From assembly GCF_004010195.1 (NCBI RefSeq), contig NC_057719.1, positions 88,343,993-88,407,992 of the forward strand: DNA of 64,000 nt, written 5' to 3'. This stretch comes from Chiloscyllium plagiosum (Eukaryota). Within the stretch, counting starts at the first letter, position 1; each line of letters starts with the position of its first letter. A program made the position numbers and the translations under genes. Shown here one piece after another: positions 1 to 12,467 of this stretch. Under the pieces are notes generated by a model, which saw only the letters and a list, made by a program, of their open reading frames with translations, had not been told where the DNA came from and did no database searches.

Positions 1-530
1 AGATGCCCCAACACTGACCCCCGACACTGAGCCCCCTGACACTTGACTCCCTGACATTCACCAACCCACCGACACACTCTATTCCATTTGCAATTTTCAG
101 ATGACTTTTTGAATTGCGGCTAAAATAATGTTTTATTAATGATCATTCATTGTCACATTATAATTTGTCCACTTCTGTGCCTGATGTCTTGTCAGGAATT
201 ACAGTGCTATCTTGCATGTTTTGCACTTTTCTATGCACTTTATGCTGCCCTGTGTATGACTGTACTCTCGTGTAGTCTGTGTGTTTATATAGCACCTTGG
301 TCCTAGAGGAATGCTGTTTCGCTTTTATTGTACCTGTTGTATCTGGAAGAAACGACAAATAAAGTTACTCTATTCTACTGACCCCCTGACACTGACTGAC
401 ATCCCTGACACTGACCCCCTGACACTGATTCCCCCGACACTCACTGACCCTCCCAAATCAGTACTTACTGACCACCCTGTGCCCAACACTTACTACCTCC
501 CCCAGACTCTCACTGACTGTCCCCACCCCC
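1..530. repeat. Degenerate minisatellite (ctgaccccctgacac-like) interrupted by a LINE 3' tail
   Basis: Recurrent actgacccc/ctgacac at 1-75 and 376-520. Confidence 0.6.
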
Positions 531-1930
531 ATCCTGATTCCTTCTGGTCACTGTTTGTTTCTGTAATTATCCATCTGAATTACAGACATTTCTCCCCTAG
601 CCCATGCTGTATTGATTCCTGTTGTCAAAAGTAATTTAATTGAAAAATTCTTACCGTTGTGTTCACATTGGAACTCTCCAAAACATTAGTTCACCTCTGC
701 TTCCACTTTCCTGTGGACCTCCATTCAAATCTCCACATTAGTGTCCATCATTAATATAACCTCCTCAGTCTCAAAGTCTGGAATTCCTTCCTCAAACCAT
801 TCCACCCTTCTCTCCTGCTTTAAGACACCAAAATGACCTCTTTGATCAAGACTTGTCCTCATATCCCCTTTTGAAGATCGATGAGTTTTTGGTCAGAATG
901 CAGCCACAAGAATTTCTACTGTGATAATGATCCTATTTAAATAAAATATATTAATGTCTAGCTGACATGGGGAACGGTTCAGGAATTTTCTAGAGAGGTG
1001 TCATTGGAACTATTCTGAGGATGAAATGTCTCCTGAAAATGCCTGATACTGAGCAGTCATTTATAAAGTTGACACTCTCCCTGGTACAAATGCCAGCTCT
1101 ATTTACGTGATATCTTCAGAGACCACACATTGGAATAGAAACCCTGGAAGGGATCCAGCAGATGCTTCTTCCCATGTAAATTGAAGTACGATCACAAAAT
1201 TCCAAAGTTCTAAGTTGTTTACACAGAGGAGCTGATAACCTGATAACCTCATTTCAGACACTGACAAAAAGTCCAGCAATAAACATGTTTGCACTTAAGA
1301 TAAAAGGACCACATTTGTTATTGCACTGAATTCCATGGGAGTTACAGTACAGGAGCCAGTTGACCAGTCGAAACTAGTTCTTCTACCATATACGTTCTCT
1401 TTTCAGCCTCCATCATAACTTCCCATCTTGTCTTTCTAGTCCTTTCTTCTTCATGTACTTATCTGGTTTCCTTTTAAATAGACTTTTAAATTGACTTCAT
1501 GTCAATGTCACCTTGTGGATGTGATTTCCACCCTCTCACCTCTCCCCTAAATCCCTGATTGGATTTTTGAGTGATTATTTTATACTTGTCGCCTCTGGTT
1601 TCAATCATTCTGCCCTTCAATAATTGGAAATTGGATCTCTCTTGGAGCCAATATTTACAGAAAGAGAGCTAGGGAGTACAACAAAGCAAAGAGCTAGCAT
1701 ACAATCAATAAGCCAAATGGTTTCTCTCTACGATAAAGGCCCTTTATTATTCTATGACACGTTGCCCTGTCCAATTTGTTTATTAGCTTGTCTAAACTGT
1801 CCTTGGTATGTATGGCCTCTCTGTTTGGTTCCTATCCCCAACATTCCTTTGAAATAAACACCAGCAAAAGTGAGAAGCAGGTTTCTGTCACACTCTCTCC
1901 ACTGGCTTCTGGAACCATGGAGTAGGTTAT

Positions 1931-3685
1931 TATAGAGTCATAGAGATGTACAGCATGGAAACAGACCCTTTGGTCTAATCCGTCCATGCCGACCAGATAT
2001 CCAACCCAATCTCGTCCCATCTGCCAGCACCTGGCCCATATCCCTCCAAACCCTTCTTATTCATATACCCATCCAAATGCCTCTTAAATGTTGCAATTGT
2101 ACCAGCCTCCATCACTTTCTCTGGCAGCTCATTCCATACCCGTACCACCGTCTGTGTGAAAACATTGCCCCTTAGGTCTCTTTTATATCTTTTCCCTCTC
2201 ACCCTAAAGCTATGCCCTCTAGTTCTGGACTCCCTGACCCCAGGGAAAAGACTTTGCCTATTTAACCTAACCATGCTCCTCATAATTTTGTAAATCTCTA
2301 TAAAGTCGCCCCTCAGCCTCCGACACTCCAGGGAAAACAGCCCTAGCCTGTTCAGCCTCTCCTTATGACTCAAATCCTCCAACCCTGGCAACATCCTTGT
2401 AAATCTTTTCTGAACCCTTTCAAGTTTCACAACATCTTTCCTGTAGGAAGGAGACCAGAATTGCACACAATATTCCAACAGTGGCCTAACCAATGTCCTG
2501 TACAGCTGCAACATGACCTCCCAACTCCTGTACTCAATACTCTGACCAATAAAGAAAAGCATACCAAACGCCTTCTTCACTATCCTATCTACCTTCAACT
2601 CCACTTTCAAGGAGGTATGAACCTGCACTCCAAGGTCTCTTTGTTCAGCAACACTCCTCAGGACCTGACCATTAAGTGTACAAGTCCTGCTAAGATTTGC
2701 TTTCCCAAAATGCAGCACCTCGCATTTATTTGAATTAAACTCCATCTACCACTCTCAGCCCATTGGCCCATCTGGTCAAGATCCTGTTGTAATCTGAGGT
2801 AACCCTCTTCGCTGTCCACTACACCTCCAATTTTGGTGTCATCTGCAAACTTATATGCTCACATCCAAATCATTTATGTAAATGACAAAAAGTAGAGGAC
2901 CCAGCACCAATCCTTGTGGCACTCCACTGGTCACAGGCCTCCGGTCTGAAAAACAACCCTCCACCACCACCCTCTGTCTTCTACCTTTGAGCCAGTTCTG
3001 TATCCAAATGGCTAGTTCTCCCTGTATTCCATGAGATCTAACCTTGCTAATCAGTCTCCCATGGGGAACCTTGTCGAACGCCTTACTGAATTCCATATCG
3101 ATCACATCTACCGCTCTGCCCTCATCAATACTCTTTGTTACTTCTTCAAAAAACTCAATTAAGTTTGTGAGACATGATTTCCCACGAACAAAGCCATGTT
3201 GACTATCCCTAATTCGTCCTTGCCTTTCCAAATACATGTATATCCTGTCCCTCAGGATTCCCTCCAACAACTTGCCCACCACCGAGGTCAGGCTCACTGG
3301 TCTATAGTTCCCTGGCTTGTCCTTACCACCCTTCTAAAACAGCGGCACCACATTTACCAACCTCCAGTCTTCTGGCACCTCACCTGTGACTTTCGATGAT
3401 ACAAATATCTCAGTAAGAGGCCTGGCAATCACTTCTCTAGCTTCCCACAGAGTTCTCGGGTACACCTGATCAGGTCCTGGGGATTTATCCACCTTTACCC
3501 GTTTCAAGACATCCAGCACTTCCTCCTCTGTAATCTGGACATTTTGCAAGATGTCACCATCTATTTCCCTATAGTCTATATCTTCCATATCCTTTTCACA
3601 GTAAATACTGATGCAAAATACTCATTTAGTATCTCCCCCACTTTCTGCAGCTCCCCACAAAGACCGCCTTGCTGATCTTTGAGGG
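1931..3685 (-). mobile_element. CR1-clade LINE, 3' half (reverse transcriptase, C-terminus, 3' UTR)
   Basis: ORFs 1975-2745, 2851-3297, 3334-3588 with [13 protein letters not shown], GVPQG..LGPLLF.IYINDL and [15 protein letters not shown] motifs; ctatgactctat tail. Confidence 0.95.
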
Positions 3686-4340
3686 GAGAAAGTGAGGTCT
3701 GCAGATGCTGGAGGTCAAAGTTGAAACTTTATTGCTGGAACAGCACAGCAGGTCAGGCAGCATCCAGGGAACAGGAGATTCGACGTTTCGGGCACAGGCC
3801 CTTCTTCAGGAATGAGCAGAGAGTGTTCAGCAGGAGAAGATAAAAGGTAGGGAGGAGGGACTTGGAGGAGGGGAGTTGGAAATGTGATAGGTGGAAAGAG
3901 GTCAAGGTGAGGGTGATAGGTCGGAGTAGGATGGAGGCGGAGAGGACAAGAAGAAGACTGCAGGACAGGAAGGCGGTGCCGGGCGGGAGGGACCCGGCGG
4001 AGACAAGGTGGGGGGAGGGGGGAATGAAGAAACTGGTGAAGTCCAAGTTCATCCCCTGTGGTTGGAGGGCTCCCAGTCGGAAGATAAGACGCTCCTCCTC
4101 CGACCGTCGCGTTGTTGTGGTTTGGCGGTGGATGAGTCCAATGACCTGCATATCCTCGGTGGAGTGGGAGGGGGAGTTGAAATGCTGTGCCACAGGTTGG
4201 TTGGGTTGGTTCGTCCGGGTGGCCCAGAGGTGCTCTCTGAATCGCTCCGCAAGTAGGCGGCCTGTCTCCCCAATATAGAGGAGGCCACACCGGCTGCAGC
4301 GGATGCAGTAGATGATGTGGGTGGAGGTGCAGGTGAATCC
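3686..4340 (-). mobile_element. Penelope-like retroelement 3' fragment with GIY-YIG endonuclease and hammerhead-bearing terminus
   Basis: ORF 3753-4343: IIYCIRCSRCGLLYIGETGR...RFREH...VAQHF...EEERLIFRLGALQPQGMN. Confidence 0.9.
3778..3813 (-). ncRNA. Minimal type I hammerhead ribozyme, core intact
   Basis: AUUC CUGAAGA A GGGC-CUGU-GCCC GAAA CGUC GAAU; stem I AUUC/GAAU, palindromic ACGU stem III, GUC triplet. Confidence 0.8.
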
Positions 4341-4745
4341 CACCTATTTGTGTCATCCACACACTTGGCTATAATATATTCACTTTCCTCATCCAAATTG
4401 TTAATACACATTGTAAACAATTGTGGTTCTAGCATCAATAGCTGTGGCATTCTACTAGTTACAGGTTGCTATCCTGAAAATGTCCCCCTTACTCCAACTC
4501 TGTCCTCTGACCAAGCTAATACATGACCTCTAACACTATGAGCTCTTATTAAGTAGTTCAATGTGTGGGTACCTTCTCAAAAACCTTCTGAAAATTCTGA
4601 TATCGTACATCCACTAAATCCACACATTTATCAGGACTATCAAGGGAAGATAAACTAAAATGTTTCCAAAATACCTTAAAAAAAATACAAGGTACAGAAA
4701 TGAAACAATACATCTAAAAGCAAGACATATCTTGGACAAAGGGAG

Positions 4746-6670
4746 TCATGTCCCATTTTTGCCCTCCGGATTTCCCTCTTAAATATACTCCTACTTTCTT
4801 TATACTCTTCTAAGGATTCACTCGATCTATCCTGTCTACACCTTACATATGCTTCCTTCTTTTTCTTAACCAAATCCTCAATTTCTTTAGTTATCCAGCA
4901 TTCCCTATACCTACCAGCCTTTCCTTTCACCCTGACAGGAATATACTTTTTCTGGATTCTCATTATCTCATTTCTGAAGGCTTCCCATTTTCCAGCCGTC
5001 CTTTTACCTGCGAACATCTGCCCTAATCAGCTTCCGAAAGTTCTTGCCTAATATCGTCAAAATTGGCCTTTCTCCAATTTAGAATTTCAACTTTTAGATC
5101 TGGTCTATCCTTTTCCATCATTATTTTAAGTCTAACAGAATTATGGTCACTGGCCCCAAAGTGCTCCCCACTGACACCTGCCCTGCCTTATTTCCCAAGA
5201 GTAGGTCAAGTTTTGCACCTTCTCTAGTAAGTACATCCACATACTGAATCAGAAAATTATCTTGCATGCTCTTAACAAATTCCTCTCCATCTAAACCTTT
5301 AACACTATGGCTATGTTTGGAAAGTTAAAATCCCCTACCATAACCACCCTATTATTCTTACAGATAGCTGAGATCTCCTTACAAGTTTGTTTCTCCATTT
5401 CCCTCTGACTATTAGGGGGGTCTATAATACAGTCCCAATAAGGTGATTATCCCTTTCTTATTTCTCAGTTCCACCCAAATAACATCCCTGGCTGTATTTC
5501 CGGGAATATCCTCCCTCAGCACAGCTGTAATGTTATCCCTTATCAAAAATGCCACTCCTCCTCCTCTCTTGCCTCCCTTTCTATCCTTCCTGTAGCATTT
5601 GTATCCTGGAACATTAAGATGCCAGTCCTGCCCATCCCTGAGCCATGTTTCTGTAATTGCTATGATATCCCAGTCCCATGTTCCTCACTATGCCCTGAGT
5701 TCATCTGCCTTCCCTGTTAGGCCCCATTGAAATAAATGCAGTTTAATTTATTAGTTGTACCTTGTCCCTGCCTGCCCTGACTGTTTGACTCGCTTCTGTT
5801 CTCAACTGCACCAGTCTCAGATTGATCTCTTTCCTCACTATCTCCCTGGGTCCCACCCCTCCATCTTACTAGTTTAAATCCTCCCAAGCAGCTCTATCAA
5901 ATTTCCCTGCCAGTATATTAGTCCCCTTCCAATTTAGGTGCAATCCATCCTTCTTGGACAGGTCACTTCTACCCCAAAAGAGATTCCAATGATCCAAAAA
6001 GGTCACATAGATGGGTTAACTTCTCCCATACACCAGCTCCTCAGCCATGCATTCATCTGCTCTATCCTCTTATTCCTGTCCTCACTAGCTCGTAGCACTG
6101 GGAGTAATCCAGATATTACTACTCTTAAGGACCTCCTTTTTAAATTTCTGCCTAACTTTCTGTAATCTCCCTTCAGAATCTCAACCTTTTTCCTTCCTAT
6201 ATCGTTGGTTCCAATGTGGACAATGACCTCTTGCTGGCCTCTCTCCCCCATGAGAACATTCTACACCCTCTCTGAGACATCCTTGATCCTGGTACCAGGG
6301 AAACAACACCCCATTCTGCTTTTTCGCTGCTGGCCACAGAAACGTCTGTCTGTATCTTGGACTACAGAATCCCCTAACACAATTGATCCCTTGGAAGCCG
6401 ACGTACCCCTTGTTGCATTAGAGCCAGTCTCAATACCAGAAACTTGGCTGTTCATGCTACGTTCCCCTGAGAATCCATCACCCCCTACATTTTCCAAAAC
6501 AGCATACCTGTTTCAAGTGGGTATATCCACAAAAGACTCCTGCCCTAGGTACCTACCTCTCTTACCTTTCCTGGAGTTAACCCATCTATGTGACTGTATT
6601 TGAGACTTTCCCCCCTTCCTATAACTGCCATCCATCACATAACTGTTGCTGTTGTAAATTCCTCATTGCT
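4746..6670 (-). mobile_element. CR1 LINE 5' half: ORF1 SGNH esterase-like and ORF2 APE endonuclease, degraded
   Basis: ORFs 6261-6497 (IVLGDSVV...CCFPGTRIKDV), 6003-6251 (VIVHIGTNDIG) and 4676-5017; continues the element at 1931-3685. Confidence 0.85.
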
Positions 6671-6798
6671 TCTATTAATCTAGATCAGAAACTGAGGAAT
6701 ATCAGGCAATCCACTCCACCCTCATGCTGCACATTGGGCTAAACACCTGAAAACTGGCTTTGTGTTTATAGGTAAAAGTCTGACACCTCCCTCAAATC

Positions 6799-7858
6799 TG
6801 AATTGAATTAAATTAGGTTTTCGCCACATGTACTTAACTGAGTACAGTGAAAAGTTTACAAGTCGCCACTTACAGTGCCATCTTGGATACAAGGTACCTA
6901 GGTACAGATTGTTCAGTACAAATTCATAGGAAAAAAAATTGGTAAAATTTTAAAAAGCCCAGCATTGAAAATCTGGGATTATATTAGAAAATAGAGAAAT
7001 AAAAATTCAAAACAAAGAGTCTTTCCAACGCAGTCCACATTGGCACCTAGCCTCCAGTCCGTACTGGGCCTTGACTCCAGACTGTGCCAGGCTTCACCTC
7101 AAGGCTATCAAGGCCAGGAGACTGCTCTGGAATCACCTCGAGGCCAGAGGCTTGTGCTGAAACCATGCCGGGGGCCAAGAGACTGTCACGCTAGTCAGAG
7201 AAACTGCCACACCGGGCCAGGAACTCACCACACTAGGCTGGGAGATCTCCATACCAGGCTGGGAGACCACCACAACAGCCAGGAGACCACCAAACCGGGC
7301 CGGGAGCTTGCCACACCAGGCCAAGAACCCGCCACACCGGACCGGGTGAACTCCACACCAGGCCGGGAATTCGTCACACCGGGCAAAGGGACCTCCACAC
7401 TGGGCTAGGAACCTGCCACACCGGGCTGGGAGACCTCCACACCCAGCCAGGAGATCTCCACACTGGGCTGGGAGACCTCCATACCAGGACAGGAGGTCTC
7501 CACATCAGGAAGGGACACTGCCATACCGGGCCAGGAACTTGCCACACCGGGCTGGGAACTCACCACACTTTGCCAGGAGACCACCATGCCAGGATGGGAA
7601 CTCACCACACCAGGCCAGGAGACCTCCACACCAGGACGGGTTCTCACAGAGGCCGAGAGTCCAGTTCTGCACGGAGGCTGGGAGTCCAAGTCTGTGCTGC
7701 TAAGGCTAGGACTACAGGAAGATGCTGAGAAAAAAGAAGAGGCAAAAAAAAAGCACTAAAGAGAGAAAAAGAGAAAATTGAAAAACAAGGGGAAAAAAAG
7801 GAACAGATGGAGCGGACGAGCGCGAGTTGAAGCGACCTGTCCACCACCATCTTGGCGG
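6799..7858 (-). mobile_element. Composite non-coding retroposon with an internal 21-bp VNTR and LINE-like 3' tail
   Basis: Minus-strand 3' end ttttcactgtactcagttaagtacatgtg...aattcaattca resembles the tails at 31100, 48590 and 61565; 5' end ccgccaagatggtgg. Confidence 0.5.
7190..7640. repeat. GC-rich 21-bp VNTR, about 20 degenerate units
   Basis: Unit ~cacaccgggccaggaactcac; gives heptapeptide-repeat pseudo-ORFs (PGVEVSW). Confidence 0.85.
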
Positions 7859-8319
7859 TTCTATGATAATATTGTGCCTTTAAGACTTGTATTCTATGCT
7901 GTTTCTCATGCAGAGGAGTGCTGTCACAGTGGTACCGAAATGTCTCCTTCAGACAGGCTGTCAGCAAACAGCTTTGAGTTCTCTGTGAGTGTTTTTTTTA
8001 AAAGTAAGTCAAAAGAATCATCAGTGAGTGGGGTCAGGCTCATCCTGACCCAAAAGGACTTTAGTTTTCTTTTCAGTTGGTGGGCTTTTTCTGACTGTTC
8101 GAGCTGAAAACTTGCATTTTCAGGGTAAAATTTTGAACAGAGAGGTTTCCTCTTAAAAAATCAAAAAGGGCAGATTGTTTCTTTTGGTGTTTCTAACTAC
8201 TGAACTGGAGAGAGACTGCATGTGAAAATAAAAAAAAAACTGCATTTCTGACATGCTGCCTTCCTGAATCGCTGCAACCCATGGGCTGTGGGCTGACCCA
8301 CTGTCATGATTTGTAATGA

Positions 8320-8505
8320 CTTTAGAGTTCCCTGATTGGGGCTGCTAATCTGGTCCAGTTAGGGATCCCTGGCTGACAGAAATAAACAGGAATGCCAGAC
8401 ATCCTGGCACTCTGAGCGCTGGCTCTGAGGGAGCTTGGTCAGTGTCAAGGACTCTCCACATGTAAATAAAGGGTGACTTGGCGACAGGATACTGGCCTCT
8501 GTGGG
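8320..8505 (+). mobile_element. Possible LTR fragment
   Basis: attgg (CCAAT), TATA-like aataaacagg and AATAAA near 8465 in LTR-like order; ends not defined. Confidence 0.3.
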
Positions 8506-8821
8506 AGGAAATTCCAGGATTTTGATCGAGCGACAGTGAATGAACGATGATACATTTCCAAATCAAGATGGTAAGTGGCTGGTAGGGGAACTTACAGGGG
8601 GATGGTATTCCCTAATTTCCAGAATTATGAAGTTGGAAGAGGTTACAGTGATAGGGGTGCCATCCCTAACCAAACCCATGTGAATGTGTGAGCATATATA
8701 CACTGTAGCAGCATTAATGAAGTCTAATTCTGTGTGATATGTCAGTAAATTAAAACAAATATAGCTTATACTATGTGCCTCTTCATCAGTTGTTAAAGAT
8801 AAATATCAACATTTAAAAGGG

Positions 8822-10305
8822 GTAGAACATAGAACATTACAGCGCAGTACAGGCCCTTCGGCCCTCGATATTGCGCCGACCTGTCATACCAATCTGAAGC
8901 CCATCTAACCTACACTATTCCATGTATATCCAAATGCTTGTCCAATGACGACTTAAATGTACTTAAAGTTGGCGAATCTACTACCGTTGCAGGCAAAGCA
9001 TTCTCACTTACTACACTCTGAGTAAAGAAACTACCTCTGACATCTGTCCTATATCTATCACCCCTCAATTTAAAGCTATGCCCCCTCGTGCTCACCGTCA
9101 CCATTCTTGGAAAAAGGCTCTCCCTGTCCACCCTATCTAACCCTCTGATTATCTTATATGTCTCTATTAANNNNNNNNNNNNNNNNNNNNNNNNNNNNNN
9201 NNNNNNNNNNNNNNNNNNNNNNNNNNNNNNNNNNNNNNNNNNNNNNNNNNNNNNNNNNNNNNNNNNNNNNNNNNNNNNNNNNNNNNNNNNNNNNNNNNNN
9301 NNNNNNNNNNNNNNNNNNNNNNNNNNNNNNNNNNNNNNNNNNNNNNNNNNNNNNNNNNNNNNNNNNNNNNNNNNNNNNNNNNNNNNNNNNNNNNNNNNNN
9401 NNNNNNNNNNNNNNNNNNNNNNNNNNNNNNNNNNNNNNNNNNNNNNNNNNNNNNNNNNNNNNNNNNNNNNNNNNNNNNNNNNNNNNNNNNNNNNNNNNNN
9501 NNNNNNNNNNNNNNNNNNNNNNNNNNNNNNNNNNNNNNNNNNNNNNNNNNNNNNNNNNNNNNNNNNNNNCCGGAACTTGATCCCTCTATTAATAAAAGCT
9601 AAAACACTGTCAACCTGTGGGAACTTTCAAGGATCTGTGTACCTGGACACCGAGATCTCTCTGCTCATCTACACTGCCAAGAATCTTACCATTAGCCCAG
9701 TACTCCGACCAAAGTGAATCACCTCACACTTGTCCGCATTAAACTCCATTTGCCACCTCTCAGCCCAGCTCTGCAGCTTATCTATGTCTCTCTGTAACCT
9801 ACAACATCCTTCGTCACTATCCACAACTCCACCGACCTTAGTGTCGTCTGCAAATTTACTAACCCACCCTTCTATGCCTTCATCCAGGTCGTTTATAAAA
9901 ATGACGAACAGCAGTGGACCCAACACCGACCCTTGTGGTACACCACTGGTAACTGGACTCCAGGATGAACATTTCCCATCAACCACCACCCTCTGTCTTC
10001 TTTCAGCAAACCAATTACTGATCCAAATTGCTATACCTCCCACAATCCCATTCCTCTGCATTTTGTATAATAGCCTACTGTGGGGAATCTTATCGAACAC
10101 CTTGCTGAAATCCGTATAACCACATCAACTGGTTAACCCTCATCTACCTGTTTGGTCACCTTCTCAAAGAACTCAATAAGGTTTGTGAGGCGCCACTTAC
10201 CCTTCACAAAACCATGCTGACTATCCCTAATCAAATTATTCTTTTCTAGATGATTATAAATTCTATCTCTTATAACCTTTTCCAACACTTTACAACAACT
10301 GAAGC
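8822..10305 (-). mobile_element. CR1 LINE, second subfamily, spanning the assembly gap
   Basis: ORF 9669-10100 ([20 protein letters not shown]...KFADDTK) and 8910-9131; (ctatgtt)n tail; same subfamily as 44300-46190. Confidence 0.9.
9171..9568. other. Assembly gap (398 N)
   Basis: Run of n. Confidence 1.
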
Positions 10306-10394
10306 AAGGTTACCAACAACTGAAGATACAAAAGTTGCTTTTAGAATAGCATTGCAGCTGTGCAGCATATTCTATGTGTACCTTGCCTTTAAGA

Positions 10395-11235
10395 GAGTTC
10401 ATGGAGCACAGAAACAGACCTTACTTTCCAACTCATCAGCGCTGACCAGATATCCCACTCTGGTCTAGTCCCATTTGCCAGCATTAGATCCATATCCCTC
10501 TAAACCCTTCCGATTCATATACCCATCCAGATGCCTTTTAAATGTTGTCATTGACCTGCCTCCACTACTTCCTCTGGCAGCTTTTTCCATACACACACCA
10601 CCCTCTGCATGAAAATGTTACCCATTGGGTCTTTTTTAAGTCTTTCCCCTCTCACCTTTAAACTATACCCTCTAAATTCTGGACACCACCCCATCCCCCA
10701 CCCCCCCCGCCACTAGGAAAAAGCTATTAGCTGTTAACCCTATCCATGCCCCTCAAGATTTTATAAACCTCTATAAGGTCACCCCTCAGCCTCCAGGGAA
10801 AAAAGCCCGAGCCTACTCAGCTTCTCCCTATAACTCAAACCTTTCAGTATTGGCAACATCCTTGTAAATCTTTCCTGAACCCCCTCAAATTTAACACCAT
10901 CCAAAGTTATCTATATGGACTTCAGCAAACCATTTGACAAGGTTCCGCATGATAGCCTGCTTGGTAAGGTTAGATCACATGGGATCCAGGGGGAGCTAGC
11001 CAATTAGATACAAAACTGGCTCAAAGATATCAAACAGATAATGGTGCTTTTCTGCCTGGAGGCCTGTAGCCTGTAGTGTGTCACAATGATCAGTGTTGGG
11101 TCCATTGCTTTTCATGATTTGCATTAAAGATTTGGATATGAATATAGGAGGTATGGTTAGTAAGTTTGCAGATCACTCCAAAATTGGAGGTATAGTAGAA
11201 AGCGAAGAAGATTATGTCAGAGTACAATGTGACCT
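10395..11235. mobile_element. CR1 3' end (minus, 10395-10900) abutting an inverted RT fragment (plus, 10905-11235)
   Basis: Plus part reads YMDFSKPFDKVPH...SKFADHSKIGG. Confidence 0.7.
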
Positions 11236-12467
11236 GTTTTAAGGACTTCATAGGCTGTCTGTATACAGTATTGTGACTCTGCCGAGCAAGCTGCATACGT
11301 ACACAAACGTTGAAATGTCTGCTTCATAACTTCTAATGTGTTTTACGGTGTTACCTAAATTAACCCACTGGTTAGTCAGTCTCCAATGCACTATTGATTT
11401 GTAGAAGGCTATCGCTCACATGACACAGCACATTTCAGCACAGGATTACAAGACACAGTCACACTCACAGGGATCCATCAAGTACTGCAAATGTATTAAA
11501 GCAGATCAAAGAAGCAGGCTATTAATCATCTAAAATAATCATTGGGTTAAAAACACTGTAGACAGTCATTAAGAAGCAGAAGGGACTCGTCCAGAGTCAA
11601 TGGGGGAGATAGTATGAAATGAAAGTTACCCGATCATTCAAAAATACTCCTGATTAAATGGCAGGACAATATTGCATTCTTTGCTTTCTGGAGTATGCAT
11701 GTTGTTAGTGAGAGAGAAAGAGACTTCCATTCCCAGGAATCTTTACTGACATCTATTTTCAGAATATCTCTCTGAGCTGAATATACAGTATATCAGAGCA
11801 CATTCCTCTCCCAGCACACAGTGCCAGATTTGAATTGCATTTAGCATTACATTCTTGACCTGAATGCTGTTTCATTGGCCTGGTCCCATGACTAGGAGAC
11901 AAAGCATTTATTTCATAGCCCAGCTACTAACAGGAACTCAGCCTGGCAGCTGTTTGTTGGAATGTCCTAACATGTGGGGCAGGATTTTCCATTTTGGATT
12001 GGGACAGATGCAATGTTCTCGGACACTACCGTGTCTGCCACTTTCGCACAGACTTTGGGTAGATTGTAAAATGTCCAAAGCTCCTGGATTTGTGAAATTT
12101 GAGGGGAGATGGGTGAATAGTAATTGTTAACCAATCAAAACCCAAAGTGGAGAAAAAGAGGAGAAAGCAAATGGACCACTTAATAAGAAAAGTGGGACTG
12201 ATCCGAAGTGAATCTAATGCTGCAACTGGAAGCAACACCAAACAGCTAAAACCAGCAGAAAATCAGGGCACGGAAATGGAAGTGGATTGAATATGCCTTT
12301 GTACTTTTATATATTAAAAGAAAGTCCTCTGTGCCCATTATCTGAGACTATAGTTACTGTTGTATCTCTAGGTTACATGGCACATATTCAGTTATTCTCA
12401 CATGTACCTAGTTCAGTGTCATTAGTATTAAAATGGTTTAAACAAGAATCCTACAAAATTGATTTAC

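Noticed and set aside
3753..4343. GIY-YIG ORF as a domesticated host nuclease gene
   Set aside because: It is 5'-truncated, lacks the RT, and its start derives from the junction with a CR1 fragment; it is best read as a young TE fragment.
9088..9717. Long ORFs 9088-9717 and 9158-9580
   Set aside because: Artefacts of the N gap, on the antisense strand of a CR1.
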